NCBI RefSeq assembly: GCF_008831285.2 | Contig: NC_045138.2 | Span: forward strand, 31,186,001-31,250,000 | Direction of reading: 5' to 3' | Source of the DNA: Nymphaea colorata | Lineage: Eukaryota | DNA length: 64,000 bases | Shown: positions 1 to 13,754 of the stretch, one piece after another | How the letters are laid out: the number at the start of each line of letters is the position of its first letter | Position numbering within the stretch: position 1 is the first letter of the stretch | Program-made: the position numbers and the translations under genes | Notes under the pieces: generated by a model | Databases searched by the model: none | Seen by the model: the letters and a program-made list of their open reading frames with translations, nothing else | Told to the model about the DNA's origin: nothing

Positions 1-17
1 GGCCTCTACCTTTATTC

Positions 18-127
18 CAACAAAATGGTTATGTATAATATGGTTATGTATAAGGGAAGACTAAAACACGAACAACAAAATGGTTATGTATAATATGGTT
101 ATGAATAAGGGAAGACTAAAACACAAA
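18..127. repeat. 55-bp tandem duplication (2 copies)
   Basis: caacaaaatggttatgtataatatggttatg(t/a)ataagggaagactaaaacac(g/a)aa occurs at 18-72 and 73-127, with two mismatches. Confidence 0.9.
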
Positions 128-499
128 CGAATTGACACAACCTTTTTACCAAAAAAAAATTATAAAAAACATAGCTTACAAGCTATGCATATATATATTC
201 AAGTAAGCAAAATAATAAGGAGGATCATTGGTATGATCCATGATCAAACGTCCTATGTTAACTGTGCACTTTACTCCACAAAAATTCTCATTTGAATTTG
301 GTGAAGGCACTCAGTCTAGCCTGCATGTGGCAGACGTTCTTTCAGTCTTTGTCTAGTTTTTCACACCCAATCTTGGATAAGGAAAACAATTACATAGTCA
401 CTACCATATTTCTTATGAAATCTGAGAATGCACTCCAAGACTTTTATTTCTCCTTCATGAATCCTTTCACAATCCTTGATAATGACCACACAACCTAGT

Positions 500-1230
500 T
501 GGCCATTATCCACATAGTTCAATCCAACTATTTTCGGTCCATGCTTGGTTCTACACTGTAGAGCTCAATTTCAATTTCCATCCAAATTATCAGTTTAATT
601 TTTGTCTCATAATGCCACTTGATAATGCCACTTGATAAGATGTAAAACTATCCATGTTGCTCCTCCAAACTTCTCTTTTGAACCTGCTAACTTGGAGTTC
701 AAGACTGTTACAAAAACATCTTACTTTTGAGGCACCACATATTTCAGCAAACAACTCAGAAGGCCATCCTGCAGCGCCAACGCCTTTACTTTTCTGGTAT
801 CCTAGCTTGTAGTCATCTCTTGAACTCATCTGCAATTTCTCCTTGAAAAAACTTCACTCTACCAAACTTTGCAGCAATATACCTTCAAACTTCCTTTACT
901 ACCTTATATTTTATTAAGACATGAGAATTTGTCTCCTCTCTGCATAATGACAAAAAGAATAATGCTTTGTTAGCTGAATCCGAGCCTTTTGAATCCTATC
1001 AAGGGTTGGTAGTTTGCCTTCACAAGCAATGTAGGAGTGCGAACAGCTCTTGGCCGGGGCCTGGCCTAGCGTGTCCAAATCTTCTTCTGCCACCAATCTT
1101 TAGCACCCTCAATTCGATACTTCTTGATAATCTCTCCTGCCTTCAAGCCCACCTTACCATCATTACTTCAAACTAAACTATCCTCAGTATTCCTTAGCCT
1201 AATGTTAGCAATGGACATTCCAATACTGAT
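500..1230 (-). mobile_element. Degenerate L1-type LINE ORF2 C-terminal fragment (zf-RVT region)
   Basis: Minus-strand frames read ...AKDWWQKKIW...SYIACEGKLPTLDRIQKARIQLTKHYSFC..., matching the plant LINE zf-RVT pattern W..IW...W.A...KL.T.D.L..R......C..C. Frameshifts and stops are present; boundaries are approximate. Confidence 0.7.
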
Positions 1231-1272
1231 ATTAAATTCACTTCAAAGTGCGAGATCCAGAGACCGAAATAC

Positions 1273-1420
1273 CACGAACAAATTGCAGTACTTCATCGCA
1301 TAGGTTGCGTGAGTGAAATGAAGAAGAAGAGGCGGACGTCGTGGCCGAGGTGGAGATGCTCCATTCGGAAGGGAGGCAAGGAAGATGGTGGTGGTGGCAG
1401 AAGGTGCTCAAACCCACCAT
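1273..1420 (-). CDS. Possible first coding exon of a gene continuing left out of the window (Ser/Thr-rich N-terminus, product unknown)
   Basis: ATG at 1420 gives MVGLSTFCHHHHLPCLPSEWSISTSATTSASSSSFHSRNLCDEVLQFVR, followed by a candidate donor G|GTATTT at 1272. A pyrimidine-rich 5'UTR-like stretch lies upstream. No downstream exon is visible in the window. Confidence 0.3.
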
Positions 1421-3683
1421 GCCTTCTTCAACTAAACAAAAGAAACCAAAAAGAGGGAATTCGCAGATTTTTCATGAGAGAGGTGGAGAGTGCGGCGGCG
1501 ATGACAGATCCAAGCGGAGTGTATCCAGTCGGTCTTTGGAGGGAGGTTTTACATTTCAGTACTTCTGGTCTAAGTAACTACAGATTGAAGCTTAAGTACC
1601 AGAAAAAGTTGGAGTTAAGTTCTTAAGCAAGACAATGTTGAAAATGGATTTCGCATTGCACTCCACTCAACCCGCAAGGAAGGATTAGCTACCACCTTAT
1701 TGAAATTTATAGTACGTTGCGTGCACAAACATCAGAGGTAAGTGAATAAATTTTAAAATAACATCGAAAAATCAAGGAGCAAAGAGAATTGAGTTCCTCA
1801 GATCTGAAAGGAATTTTGAGTTGCCCGTCTGAGAAATAGCTTCACAAGAAACCAGTTCTTATCTGTACGTAAATTTCTGGTTAAAAAACTCACAAATATT
1901 CAGTTCTTCAAGAATACCAATCGTAGCAACACTGAACTCAATCATGCAAGTCTTTCGATCTAACTGATTACCAAATTGAGCTAAAGACCTTCAGGTCAAG
2001 AAAGATCAAGAGCTTAATACTCGAACGTAATTGATAGTGGTACGCCAAATATCAGGTTCCTAATAAAATAAAATAAATAACTCAATCCAATATGATTTTG
2101 TATCGTCAGAGAGAAAACGATGAGAATTAAGAACCACAGTTAACACGGTCTCCGTAATTTATGCAGACCAGACTGACAGTTGTGGTTAAGGCTTTCAAGT
2201 TGAAGAAGGTTGACGAATTTAACATGTGAGGTTGAACCAGTCTCACCAATTACAATCTAAACGCCAAAAAAAAATGGTTTCCAACAGTGCTCTTTTAGAT
2301 TTTTGAACACCAAGCCCACACTATGCGCCGTTGCACGTAAACTATGACGGTTTTAGAAGTTTCGGCTTCACAGATTCAATTCTGACCTGAATCAGACCAG
2401 GAGTTGACCTATTCTTTAGCTATAATGCCATTCCATCTAGGAAGGTTGATTATGACTTCATACAGTTCGCAAGAAAAAATATTTGTAGGTGCTTGCGACC
2501 CTTTTCTGGAGAGGATGCCTGAAACAGAGGTTGCGTTTGATCCCAGGGTATATTAAAAGGTGTATTTTGGCTGTGTTTTGAAAAGATCCTTAATTTAAAT
2601 CTCCGCAACATAGATTTTAAATTTACGATGCATGTTAAAAACTGTGGACTTAAAATTTGATAAGAGAGGTTCAATCTTAACTCTGTGGATCTGAAATCCT
2701 AGCATATTTGATGATGTCAGACAAATACAAACTAAAGGTGAGCATATGGTTATAGGGCCCCGCTCAGGCTTCGGCTTTAAATTTGTCTGTCGAGCTGGCC
2801 CAATGAATTATTTAAAACATTATATTATTTAAAATATATATATGTTATTATAATTAATTATGTTTATATATTATATTAATATACAATTTTTATTATTACC
2901 CATTTTTAGTCCTTAGCCAGGCTGAAAGAAACAGGTTTACAAATGGCAAAAAGAAAGGCATGTTCTGACTGACCATTGGTAAACCGTAAATCTGTTTCGT
3001 CCATTATTTCTGTCCACTGCTTGGCCAACAGTATCATCCACAAGCGTGTCGAGCCAGAAACTGACTTTTAGCTCTATGGTGGCAACACCTGGCTTTGAAA
3101 AATTCGATTTAGGGGAAACCAAGACAAATTCAGCTAAATCTAGTTTTACATGTTTAACCAGGTTTCAAGACGAATAAAGGTCCAAATACAAAGGCCTCTT
3201 AACAAAATCAGATTCGGATTGCGATTGAGATAGAGTCAACCAAAACGAATCCTGATCCACTTAACATAGGGTTTGACATTTGAGTGACATTTATATCTTA
3301 GTTATGGATTCAAAACTAGGAGACATATACAAAAACCACACATTAGATCTGAATCTGTACATAAGCTGCATCTGACTTTGACATCTGAGTCCAACTAACT
3401 ACACTTATCTGTAACAAACAGAAATTTAAAAAGCATTTTTACCAACGTCATTCATTAGAGACGGGGTAAAATGCCACTATCATGTTAAATAGACCCATCC
3501 AACCATCAACAAAAATTTGGCCTTGCAGGCACGGGCTCCGCATAATTTTTCTGGCCAAAATCTTAGCTTACCCCCATAGTCTACCATGACTGAGGAAACA
3601 GACAAAAAGTTGGAGGATTCATCACCAATTTATTGTTGTTGTAGAGTTGTAAACAATACAAAACACAAACACAACCATGAAAT

Positions 3684-3720
<37 letters not shown>

Positions 3721-4176
3721 CAGCCAATTAAACAGCAATATCGCTTGTAGAGACTGGAAACTTATCTGCAGAGACCAGAAAGAATAATTTCTGAATTATC
3801 AAGATTTTCCTAATATTTGAAAAAGGTGGCATCTTTAGACCCTTAACAAGCTTTGGTGGTTCCACAAAATATAGGAAAATAATCAGGATCTGCTTTGCTC
3901 AAGTGATTCCATAGCGCCAGAAGATGATAATCCAGTATGCTATTTGATATTGGAAACCAGTGTCCATCTAAAACTGAAGAATCCTAGTGAAAAACTTGAG
4001 TTACAGAATAAACGCTTGCTTAAAAACATCACCCACTTAATAGAAACCTAAATCTCAAAGTATATCAATTGAAACTGAAAACATAATATTTCCAACGCTC
4101 AATGTTCATGCCCAGACCTATAAATATGGTCGGCCTGCCCACTTAGTGGTACAATTTCAAAGATTACAATGGTATT

Positions 4177-7100
4177 TCAGAAAATATAGAGACAGGCAAT
4201 GGACGTGAGAAGAGTTGACAGTAAAATAGATACAAGGTTAACACCATTGTTATCGAGTATATGTACACCCGCTATCTTCTTCACTGTAGGACCAGGCTTT
4301 CCAACAACCTACAACACAAAAACCATAAATTTCAAAAGTTGTATACTGGAAATGGTAATGAAAATAAGTGGGAATTATGTGAATGCTAGTTGTGAAGTTT
4401 ATACAAGATTTGTTAATCTTGCCATGACAATTTCTTCCTTTCCATTTGACTAATCAAATATCAGGCATATCAAATTAGACACTATAATAACCAACCAACC
4501 AATATAAATCACTTCAAAGACACACAGACATGCACAGATTATTTGTCACAATTGTTTGCACATGCGATCTAGTTTACTTTTAAGATTTTTCAAAATATTT
4601 TATTAAATCTGACCACAGAAGTGTCTGGATCTAAGGAACCCAACAAGTACCAAGGACTTTTTGTTGACCCATGATCAGTGGCTGAAAATGCATAAATGTT
4701 AGGCTCAAGAATCACAATGTTTTTGGTCGTAAAAACACAAGGATTCTTAACTTCAATCCTGAACACACTTATGTCAACAGAATTGGACTAGAATGGTTTG
4801 GACCACAAAGTGTAAACTAGACCTTATGCACAAACCATTATAGCTTAATGATTTTACCAGGAAAATCTGAGGTATTTAGCAGCCCTCAGAAGTCTTCAAA
4901 GTTCTATTTTTATCAGGGAAACATCCCCTAAGCACCATTTTATTTGCATGAGCAAGTCCAAAGATGTTCAATGCATTTTAGACAGTGAGGCTCACAATTC
5001 TCCAACACTAAAAAGAAGTCTGGACATTTGTGTATGTGCAACTGCAATAGTCCCAGCTAGCTAAGCATGTCAAAGACCACACACTAGAACAGTGACAATA
5101 AAGACCCAATTTATCTAGTCCAAAGAGCTTCAGTTGAATCAATTTAAATATAATCAACCAGACCCAATATTTGAGTTAATCTGGTTGAACATAGTCAATC
5201 ATAATTCATAACCATCAACAGGTATGCATGATAATTGACCATAAACACGATTCTGCTGAAAAAGGAACATAGTTATTGCTCATATGTTTGTCTAATTCAG
5301 AGTTGTCATTTGTAAGATGCGACTCAGACATAGTAACAGCAAACTTATTAAAAAGACATCATGCAAGATAATTTTGCTCAAGCCACTACTCCAGCTTGAC
5401 CAGGAGAATGCAGCAAAATTGGTTGTTGGAACCCATGATCAACGCAAGGAAGGAAAATCTAACCCTGGTAATATCAACCCGAAATGAGTCCATTATTCAC
5501 CTATTACTGGTTGAGAGCTTTTAACATGATTAAAGACAACCTAAAGCTTCTCAAAGATCAACGACCTACAAGCAGGTCAAATATAATGATTTACTAATTA
5601 CCCACCATAGCATACCGGAGTACACTTAACTTATAAAAAAGATTTAACCTTCTTTATATCATGTTTAGCTCAGTTCATTTTACCAACAAATATTAAGCAT
5701 ATTTCATAAACTAGTTCAAATTACTTCTGGTATGGGTGTTCCAAATATTGTCAAGCCCACCTTGTTTTCAAGAACTGTAAGCTTTTGATCTTCACTACCT
5801 TGAAAGTTGAAAATCATGATCTACAAAGGCAATAAATGTTTAGCTAAGCATGCCTTTGCGCTCGGATCTAAATTCATGATGAGACTTATACAAACAGGAC
5901 CATGTAGACCACCAACCATATTGCACGAAACTACAAGTCTCTACTTGACATGCCTTTGTAATGCCATTTGCTCTCAACCAATATTACAAATATCATTTTC
6001 GGGTATTAAACGGCAAGGTTGTTCTTAGGCATAATGTGGCAGAGTTGTTTTTCTAGGGAAAATCTCCAGAAAATCTCAGCAAGTTTTTAAAAAATAAAAA
6101 AAAATCCTAAAAATAACATGTATAAAATGTGAAAATAAAAATCTGGTGACTAAAAAAATGTAAAATAACGCACAAAAAAATGCAACAAAATGGAAAAACA
6201 GAAAAAAAGAGTTTTTTTCATTTTGATGTTTCTTCAAAAAATGTATTTTTTTCCCTTTTTTCGGCTTGAGATGAGCTTGGGCAACTTAAGCTTGATTCGA
6301 GTCTTGAAAAGCAGCTCGAGCTTCATTTCACCAACTTGACTCAACCTGCTCAAACTTGAGCCTAGCTGGAGCCTGGCTCAGCTAAGCACAAATTTGAGCC
6401 CACCTCGGCTAAACCAGAACCAACTAAGCATTACAAAAAAAAAAAAAGTTTTCGAAGAGAAGGACAAATACCACTTTGAAATGGAGGCCTCCTTTTGAAA
6501 AGCAAATCAGATGACCAGTACACCAATGGAGTCGATTACTTTTGATTCGAACTCAACTCACTGTACACCCTTTCGCACAGTTGATTTCAGTAAAGAATAG
6601 GTTTTGAGCACATGGATGTGATTTTAAAATGACTATCAAAGACATAAAAAATTAATGGAAACACTAAAATCACCAAAACTCCATGTCGAGAAAATTTGTA
6701 ACTTTATTTTTTGAAAAACAAGATACAAAGTAAAATTCCTAGCAAAGAAAACCATGCTTCTGCATCCCTAACATCAGGCCGAGTGAGAAGTGGCAAAGAG
6801 ATGTAGAATAAAATCTCATGCAACGCCCCACTCCTGCCAGCACCCAAAGAGATTCAGCTGAGCACCTATGAACCATCATTGGGTGAAAGAATTTGGACAG
6901 TGAAGTCAAATTAAAATTCCAGACACACTAAAGCTTGTGAAAAATGTAGGCAGCTCTTTTACATACAATCATGGGCAAATGAACCCATTTGGTGAAAACT
7001 CAGGACAGCAAGCATGAGGAACATACAGCTGGTCTATTTAACTTTTAACAGCTGTAGACAGAAAAAACATGGATAAATACTTTACCTTCTTGCGGACATA

Positions 7101-10100
7101 ACAGAAGCCACTAAACTGCATAGTCGCACCCAAGAGAGAATCAATAAGGCTACCAATAACCCCAGCCAACATACTGAGAGGCAAAACCAACAGCTGCTTC
7201 AGAGCCACATCCACATTACAACTTGCTGTAAGAAGTCCAACAAGAATGAATGTCAAGCCAACAACACTTCCAGCTGCTGCTGCAGCAATAAGACCTGATA
7301 CAGTCACAGCCCCATTTGTACCCTTTGGGACCGTCTGAAAAGAAAGCATCAATAGGTTCAGAAAAGACCGACGTAGGGAAAAATAAACAGAAAAGCATAT
7401 AATGTTACAGTGTTTTACTAAAAATTGTAGTTAGGTCATGTCACTTCAAGAACTAAGTGCCATTGATAAGAAGTGCTGTTTCTGCAAGCAGGAATTGAAT
7501 GAAAGCAGTCTTTCCAAGCATGACATAAGTCAGATGTGTAGATGAATTTGGAGCATCAGCAACAAGCTTACATTGAATGTGTAACTGGATACACATTTCA
7601 TCCAACTAAACAAATTCTTCGCAGCAGTATAGGTTAATAGATTCGGTGATTTCTACAACACCAGAGAACAAATCCAGAATACTAGAATATGTGCACTTCT
7701 TTTTCTTTTTTCTTAACTTTGTCTTTGTCTTTTGCTTCCCTTTTATCTTTTACAATATGTTCATGCATATTTGTATTTTTTATTCATCTTTATATATGTC
7801 AGATGCAGAAAAATTAGTTTGTAAACTTCCATAGGGACATGACCAATGATTATGTGGTAAAGAATCATTTAAACAATTGTTAAAAATATTATTCTTAGGT
7901 TGTTACTGGCAAAGTTTTCCTGGATACTAATCAGAAATTTTCTTGTCCTCAGGAAAATCTTGGGAATTCAAAAATTGAAAAATACAAGAATAATGAATTT
8001 TGAGTTTCTGGAGATATTGTTACAAAGATATTCTTAAAAAATCAAAATAGTTATTACAATGTTAAAAGAGGCCTTAAAATATTAAAATTTATTAAAAAAA
8101 ATTGGAATAAAACATGACAATGCCGCAACAAAACTGCTATATTTTCAAAATATCATGCATTTTTCACCTTTTTCTTTCGTCTTCCCTCATTTTCAGTTTT
8201 TAATGCAATGTTTTAGGAAAAAATGGCAAGGTTTGTGACAATGATTTACACCAATATTATCTCATGTACAAGAACCTGAAAATTCATAAGTCATAACACA
8301 TCTCATAAATCTGCTGAAATGCATCCATCTTTGTTTTAACATGATAACACTTGCTTGTTAATAAAAGCTACTTTACACATGCTATTCTTGAGAAACAAAA
8401 AACAGATGGCAGCAACTAGACATAATTTGAGGCAGTTCACAACTAAACCAAAAGAAAATCTGTGAATATCATGCTTACTAACTCTTCCTACATATAACCA
8501 ATTTTTTAGTGAAGAAATGTGCCAAATTGGTAGAAAAAGCGGGAAAATCAGAACTACAATAGGAATTTATTAAAATATAGTGCTGCCCAGCTAAGTTATA
8601 CATAAATCGATTTAACTTATCTGACCAATGTAAGAGACTATATGGTACCTTAAATGTTGTTATAAGACGAGGCTGCGCATCACTAAGCATCCCCAACTCT
8701 GATGACCAAGTATCTCCATTGCAACAGGCGTAGTGTCCAATTATACCACCCATTAAACATGTTACCAAGGATGATTCTTTAGAATCTAAGCAAACATCTT
8801 TCCAACCCGTCAAATATCCAACTGCAACCAACAGAATGGTTGCAATTCCACTGTTTGATAGAACCTGAATCCTGAAAGATTAAGAGATTTTGAAGAGAAC
8901 ATGATATGATGCTGAAGATAAATGAAGCCATTATTATTGCTCAATCTTAAACATATAGCTGAGCTTTGAAGAAAGCTCAGGATTTGCTAGATCAAAATGA
9001 CTAGGAAGGATTGAGAAGGCCACTGCATCACGACAAACTTTCTGAAAGTGACATGATGCAGTACAGATGCAGGCCAGCTGACAATGCAGGAACATCTGCT
9101 GTGCCAGAAAGAGCAGGATAGTTGAATTCCCTTAATCATTGGCCCTTGTTATCTTTCAATATAAGATGATGGACAGAGCAAATTTTCAGAAGTCTGATTA
9201 ATACTGAATCCTTGGGCCTTAACATAATCCTTTTCAAAAAAGAGAAGGGAGAACTAGAATAATCTGAAAATTTTAAACCACATTCAGTTACTTTTCATAA
9301 ATGAGATCAAACTGATGGGAGCTCATCCTGATAAAATCTCCATTCTTCAGCTTATGTTTAACATGCATGTGTGCATGTAAAAGATACAGTGATGATATTG
9401 GTAGTTACACAATAAAGTACAATATGAGACAGTTTGGCAACCTCTGCAAGGATTTCATTTTTCATGTTGACTTGTTTACAAGAATGCTTCTGAACCCTGC
9501 ACCAACTAGCAGAATTCTAGTGGTTGTAAAGCCTGCTGTAGACTGTGCAGTTTCTATCAGGTAAGGGAGGTTGGCTGGAAGAAGCAAGCTAGATAAACTC
9601 CCTGACTATTAGCATGATTCTTTTCTCTAGGAGAGAAATGCATTCTCATGAATTTAAAGAAGAGGTGGCAAAGCAATATCAACTAGCAAAGAATGCAATC
9701 GAGTCCAAATCATTATGGATGTGGATTTGTCAAATTTGTTAAATTGGATGTACCCTAATTGTATAGTGGCTTTCAGAGATTTGATGAAAAACAAAATTTC
9801 ATAACAAATTCATGGTGCAGTCTGCCGCTTTTTTTGTGTAAATAAATCCTATCAGAAAATTGTTGATTCAAAAGGTCTGAAGTTTGAACATTTTGTCTAT
9901 ATCTACAGACTGAAAAGAAGAACACTCAGTTCTTCTAGCAAGTTTCTTACTCTGGTGACACCTGTCATTAGTTCCAAAATTAGTAGTATCTCAACTACAT
10001 TTGCCATTTTTTCAGCTCTATCATCACCATACTCGGCATAAATATTGTGGCTGATTCACGGTCATCATCTGCACTAAAACTATTCCCTTTCTGGACAATC

Positions 10101-10898
10101 ATTTCATCCATGATTATAGGATACCTTTAGTTGTCCATTTACGAGATAATAATGAAAGGTAAAACAATGAAGGCGTATTGGGCCTTTATCCGATGCCTTT
10201 CTTTCCCCAGTAAGGATATCACCATGTGGTCACTGGGCGGATTGAGAAACCGTTCCTGAAATCTTCCTTCACCTTATCCCCTGGTCTAGACCTTACGCAG
10301 AATTGTACCATAAATATGTAACTATGAAGTACTATAAGCTTCATCTAGAGCTAACTATACCCGGCAAGGCCAGCCAGCACATTCTCATTCTCTGTCACAC
10401 TTATTTAAAGTAGGCCAAAATATTGATTCATTGATCTAGTCACATACTAGGAAGAGGAAAACAGAACAAGAACAAAAACAAGAAAGCATAAAAATAGAAA
10501 AGAGACGAGGGATATACCAATTACGCTGCCCTCCCACTTTGAATGAGTCATCAGCCCCGCGCTTCTTATCCTCTCCCATCTTCGTCAACTTCGAAGAGGT
10601 GAAAAAGAACGCCAATATAATCGCCCCAAATCTTATGAAACAAGAAACCAAAGGTAGGAATACTTCAATTCTCGACGATAACGAGACCCCAAAAAGTATA
10701 ACTAAGAACAAAGGAGGAATACAACCAGAAGAAGCAGAAGACGCTCTCTCACCTGTAACTCGCCGCTATGTGGATCGACAGCACGAGAAACCCCATGAAT
10801 GCGCCTGATTTGCTCAAGGACCCATGCTTGAACGCCCTGATAGCTACCAACAAGGAGACGACGACAGCTATGGCTCCTCTGATCGCTAATCCCTCCAT
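4177..10898 (-). CDS. PGR: Protein PGR (plasma-membrane glucose-responsive regulator; TMEM19/DUF92 family membrane protein), 287 aa, 5 exons
   Basis: Exons 10898-10753, 10631-10518, 8871-8649, 7334-7086 and 4308-4177. All introns are GT-AG, phases are consistent, total 864 nt. Motifs: SLSKSGA, FFFTSSKLTK, GGQRNWIQVLSNSG, YACCNGDTWSSELG, PRLITTFKTVPKGTNGAVT, GSLIDSLLGATMQFSG, ILDNNGVNLVS. Confidence 0.93.
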
Positions 10899-13494
10899 CC
10901 CCTCTCTCTTCTTCCTCGTTCCTCCTTCTCTGCAAGTTGCAACAGACCCTGGTGACGGATTTAGCATAGGAGAAGACCTCCCGCCATTTTCTTGTCAGCT
11001 TTCTTTTTTTCTAATTAATTTTCAATTAAATTTCTTTTTCAGTTATTTGGGATTCACAGTAACAGCTACCGGTTTTGGTAGTATGAATGCCAGGAAAAAA
11101 TCGTCAGTGTCACTCTCAAGTGCATCCTTGAATCAAGCCCCGGAGCTCGGATCCAAACCAAGAATTTCTTGGGTCCGTCTTGTTCTGGCCTGCCTGTTTG
11201 GATCCGGGCTCGGATTTGGAGAATCTAAACCGGACCATCTCATTGTACCAAGATCCTAGATTTACTTGAATCGGTGAACTTTGTGGTCAGCATTTTATCT
11301 GGATTGGATTTGGACTGAAATTCAAATTTCCTCACATGTTGGAATCTTTGTGTACCTTATTTTTAAAAACATTTATTTACATACCTAATTTCAAAAACTA
11401 TAATTTTTCTTCTTCTTTTTTTTTCCTGCTCTTGATATCAACTTGAGATCAAGTAAAGCTTGTCTATTTGTCCAACCGAGCCTAGATTGAAGGACCTGGA
11501 CTTGGCCCTGACCCGGTTTGTCTATGTCTCCAAACCACATATTTACATATGGCAAACTAGAGAGGTGAGGGCTTCATATTTGGGTGTTGGCTTAATTTTT
11601 CTAAACTTATTTCTCTCAACTTAATCCGTTTCGAATGGACTCTCTCTCCTAGAATTGACTGGGAACATGCAAGAAGCATGTGCCTCCGTTTCTTCTTGGC
11701 CAAATATCTTGCTCACCAAAGCAGTGGTGATCCCAACAACTTCGGTCCAAGTCTTTTCCCTCGTTAAAAATGCCGTTGGTTGTAGGGATGTTAATATATT
11801 TGATCTGGATCTAATATCTGATCGAATTGTTCTGAAAAAAAAAATCGGATATGAAGAAAAAACCTTAATATTCGATTAAGAAGTCAGACCGGGTTCGATT
11901 TAAGAAAGGACATCAGATCAAATTCGGATTGGATTTAGTTTTAAATAAATATCTTGTATCCACTGCTCTTACGTTTTGAAAAAAATCTATTCAAAATAAT
12001 GTGAAATCGGACTTGTTTTGTGTCCAATACCCGCCTGTTCTAGTTTGGTTTAGTTTTGGGTCGAGCTGGTGTGAGTCAGGTCCGCCTGGCTGCGCCTATT
12101 TGAAAACTATAAAACCTATAATGTGTATTGCAAGTTAGAGTAATGCAATATAAATCACATATTAACAAATTTATCTTGGTAACAAGAATATAACTGCATG
12201 AACATGAGAAGGTAAAGAAGAAAATGAATGCATATTAAATGGGTGACAACAATTTAACAACAAAGATAAAACAAACTCTCAAATCCGGCCCCTCGCCCAC
12301 AGGCAGCAAACTACGTGACCGGGTCCTACCAGATATTATATCCAGCTGAGCCAAACCCAGAAAACAACAGCCCGTGTGTCAAATTGTGGATCAGTAACTG
12401 CTTCCAAAGGAGCATTAGTGACGGTTTATAGTATAACAACGGTTTACAGTATTTTTATCAACGGTTTATAATGGCATCAAAGACATATTTTTAATTTTTA
12501 ATCATCCGACGATTATTCAGAATATATTCAATTGTTACAAATTTTATTCTCAGGTTTTGAGATTTGAAGGGAAGAACAAGCATGTCTGAGCATCGGATTC
12601 AGTCAACGTTGACAGCACACGTCTTTCCTAGAACCAAGAAGCTTCCTTACCCGAACATCACAAGTTTCTTTCACTTTGAAGATGCCTTCTCAACTCAAGG
12701 ATCATCATGCCTGGCTAAGCCAGAGAATCATCAGCAAGCGTTCTCTAGTTTCTAGAAAGAAATGAAGGCCAACTAAACAAGATCATTCGCTTACACTTGC
12801 TAAAATATATAATCACCCGGAGGAACAGCAGTCTTCAGTATTTCTCTGGTCTAGCAGTTAAATACAGCTACCCGTGAGAAGTTAAAATACTGAATTCCAG
12901 GGCAAATGATTTTCAGAAGTTTTTGATACCTCATCTTGCTTGGAATTAATAATAATTCCTTCAACAATTCAAACTTAATAAATGCTTGAAATTATTTATT
13001 TTGTCCAAAGTTTTAGATCAGATGTTTTGCAGTCAGATCCACATACAGTTTAGATTTGAATACGAATTCCAATAGAAGTTGCACAGTAATAATAATCCCT
13101 TCAACAATTCAAACTGGGCAATTAACTGAAACACCATTCTCTAGCATATTTTAAAATAATAAACTTAAAAAGCATTAGATCAAACTAGCCCCCATGACAG
13201 ACAATAAGCCAATTTATAATGTACAGCATACTGAAGATTTAAAACTTGAAAACAAGAAAAAGGGTTTACATACAAGGGAACACAGAGAAACAAGCAAAAC
13301 CAAACTACCAAAGCTCAGAAGGATTAAAAGTGGTATGGTTCCCCCAAGCTTGCATCCGAAAAGTGGTATGGCTTTTTTCTATCCCGAAAAAAAAGCCTAG
13401 TGTACAACCGAAGCACTAAGTCTCCTTTTAGATATGATATGAGGACGGTACCTGTTTGCTCTCTTACCAATGAATAAATGCAGTATATGTTATA

Positions 13495-13544
<50 letters not shown>

Positions 13545-13754
13545 CGAAATATTTCAAAACAAGTGGAAGATACCACCTTGCTGGAAAGAGTAGGAAGAGA
13601 GGAAACATGGGGTTATAGAGCCTAGAGGACCTACTCAAAAATTGCTACAAGGACAGGAGGGTCCAGCAAGGACAAGTGCTGCCGGTGCCCTTGCAACTCT
13701 TGCGACATACTTCCCAAATGCAACCTAAAAAAATATCAATCACATGTTGTTCTG

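Noticed and set aside
10768..11259. 163-aa plus-strand ORF
   Set aside because: It is antisense to PGR exon 1 and its promoter, and low in complexity.
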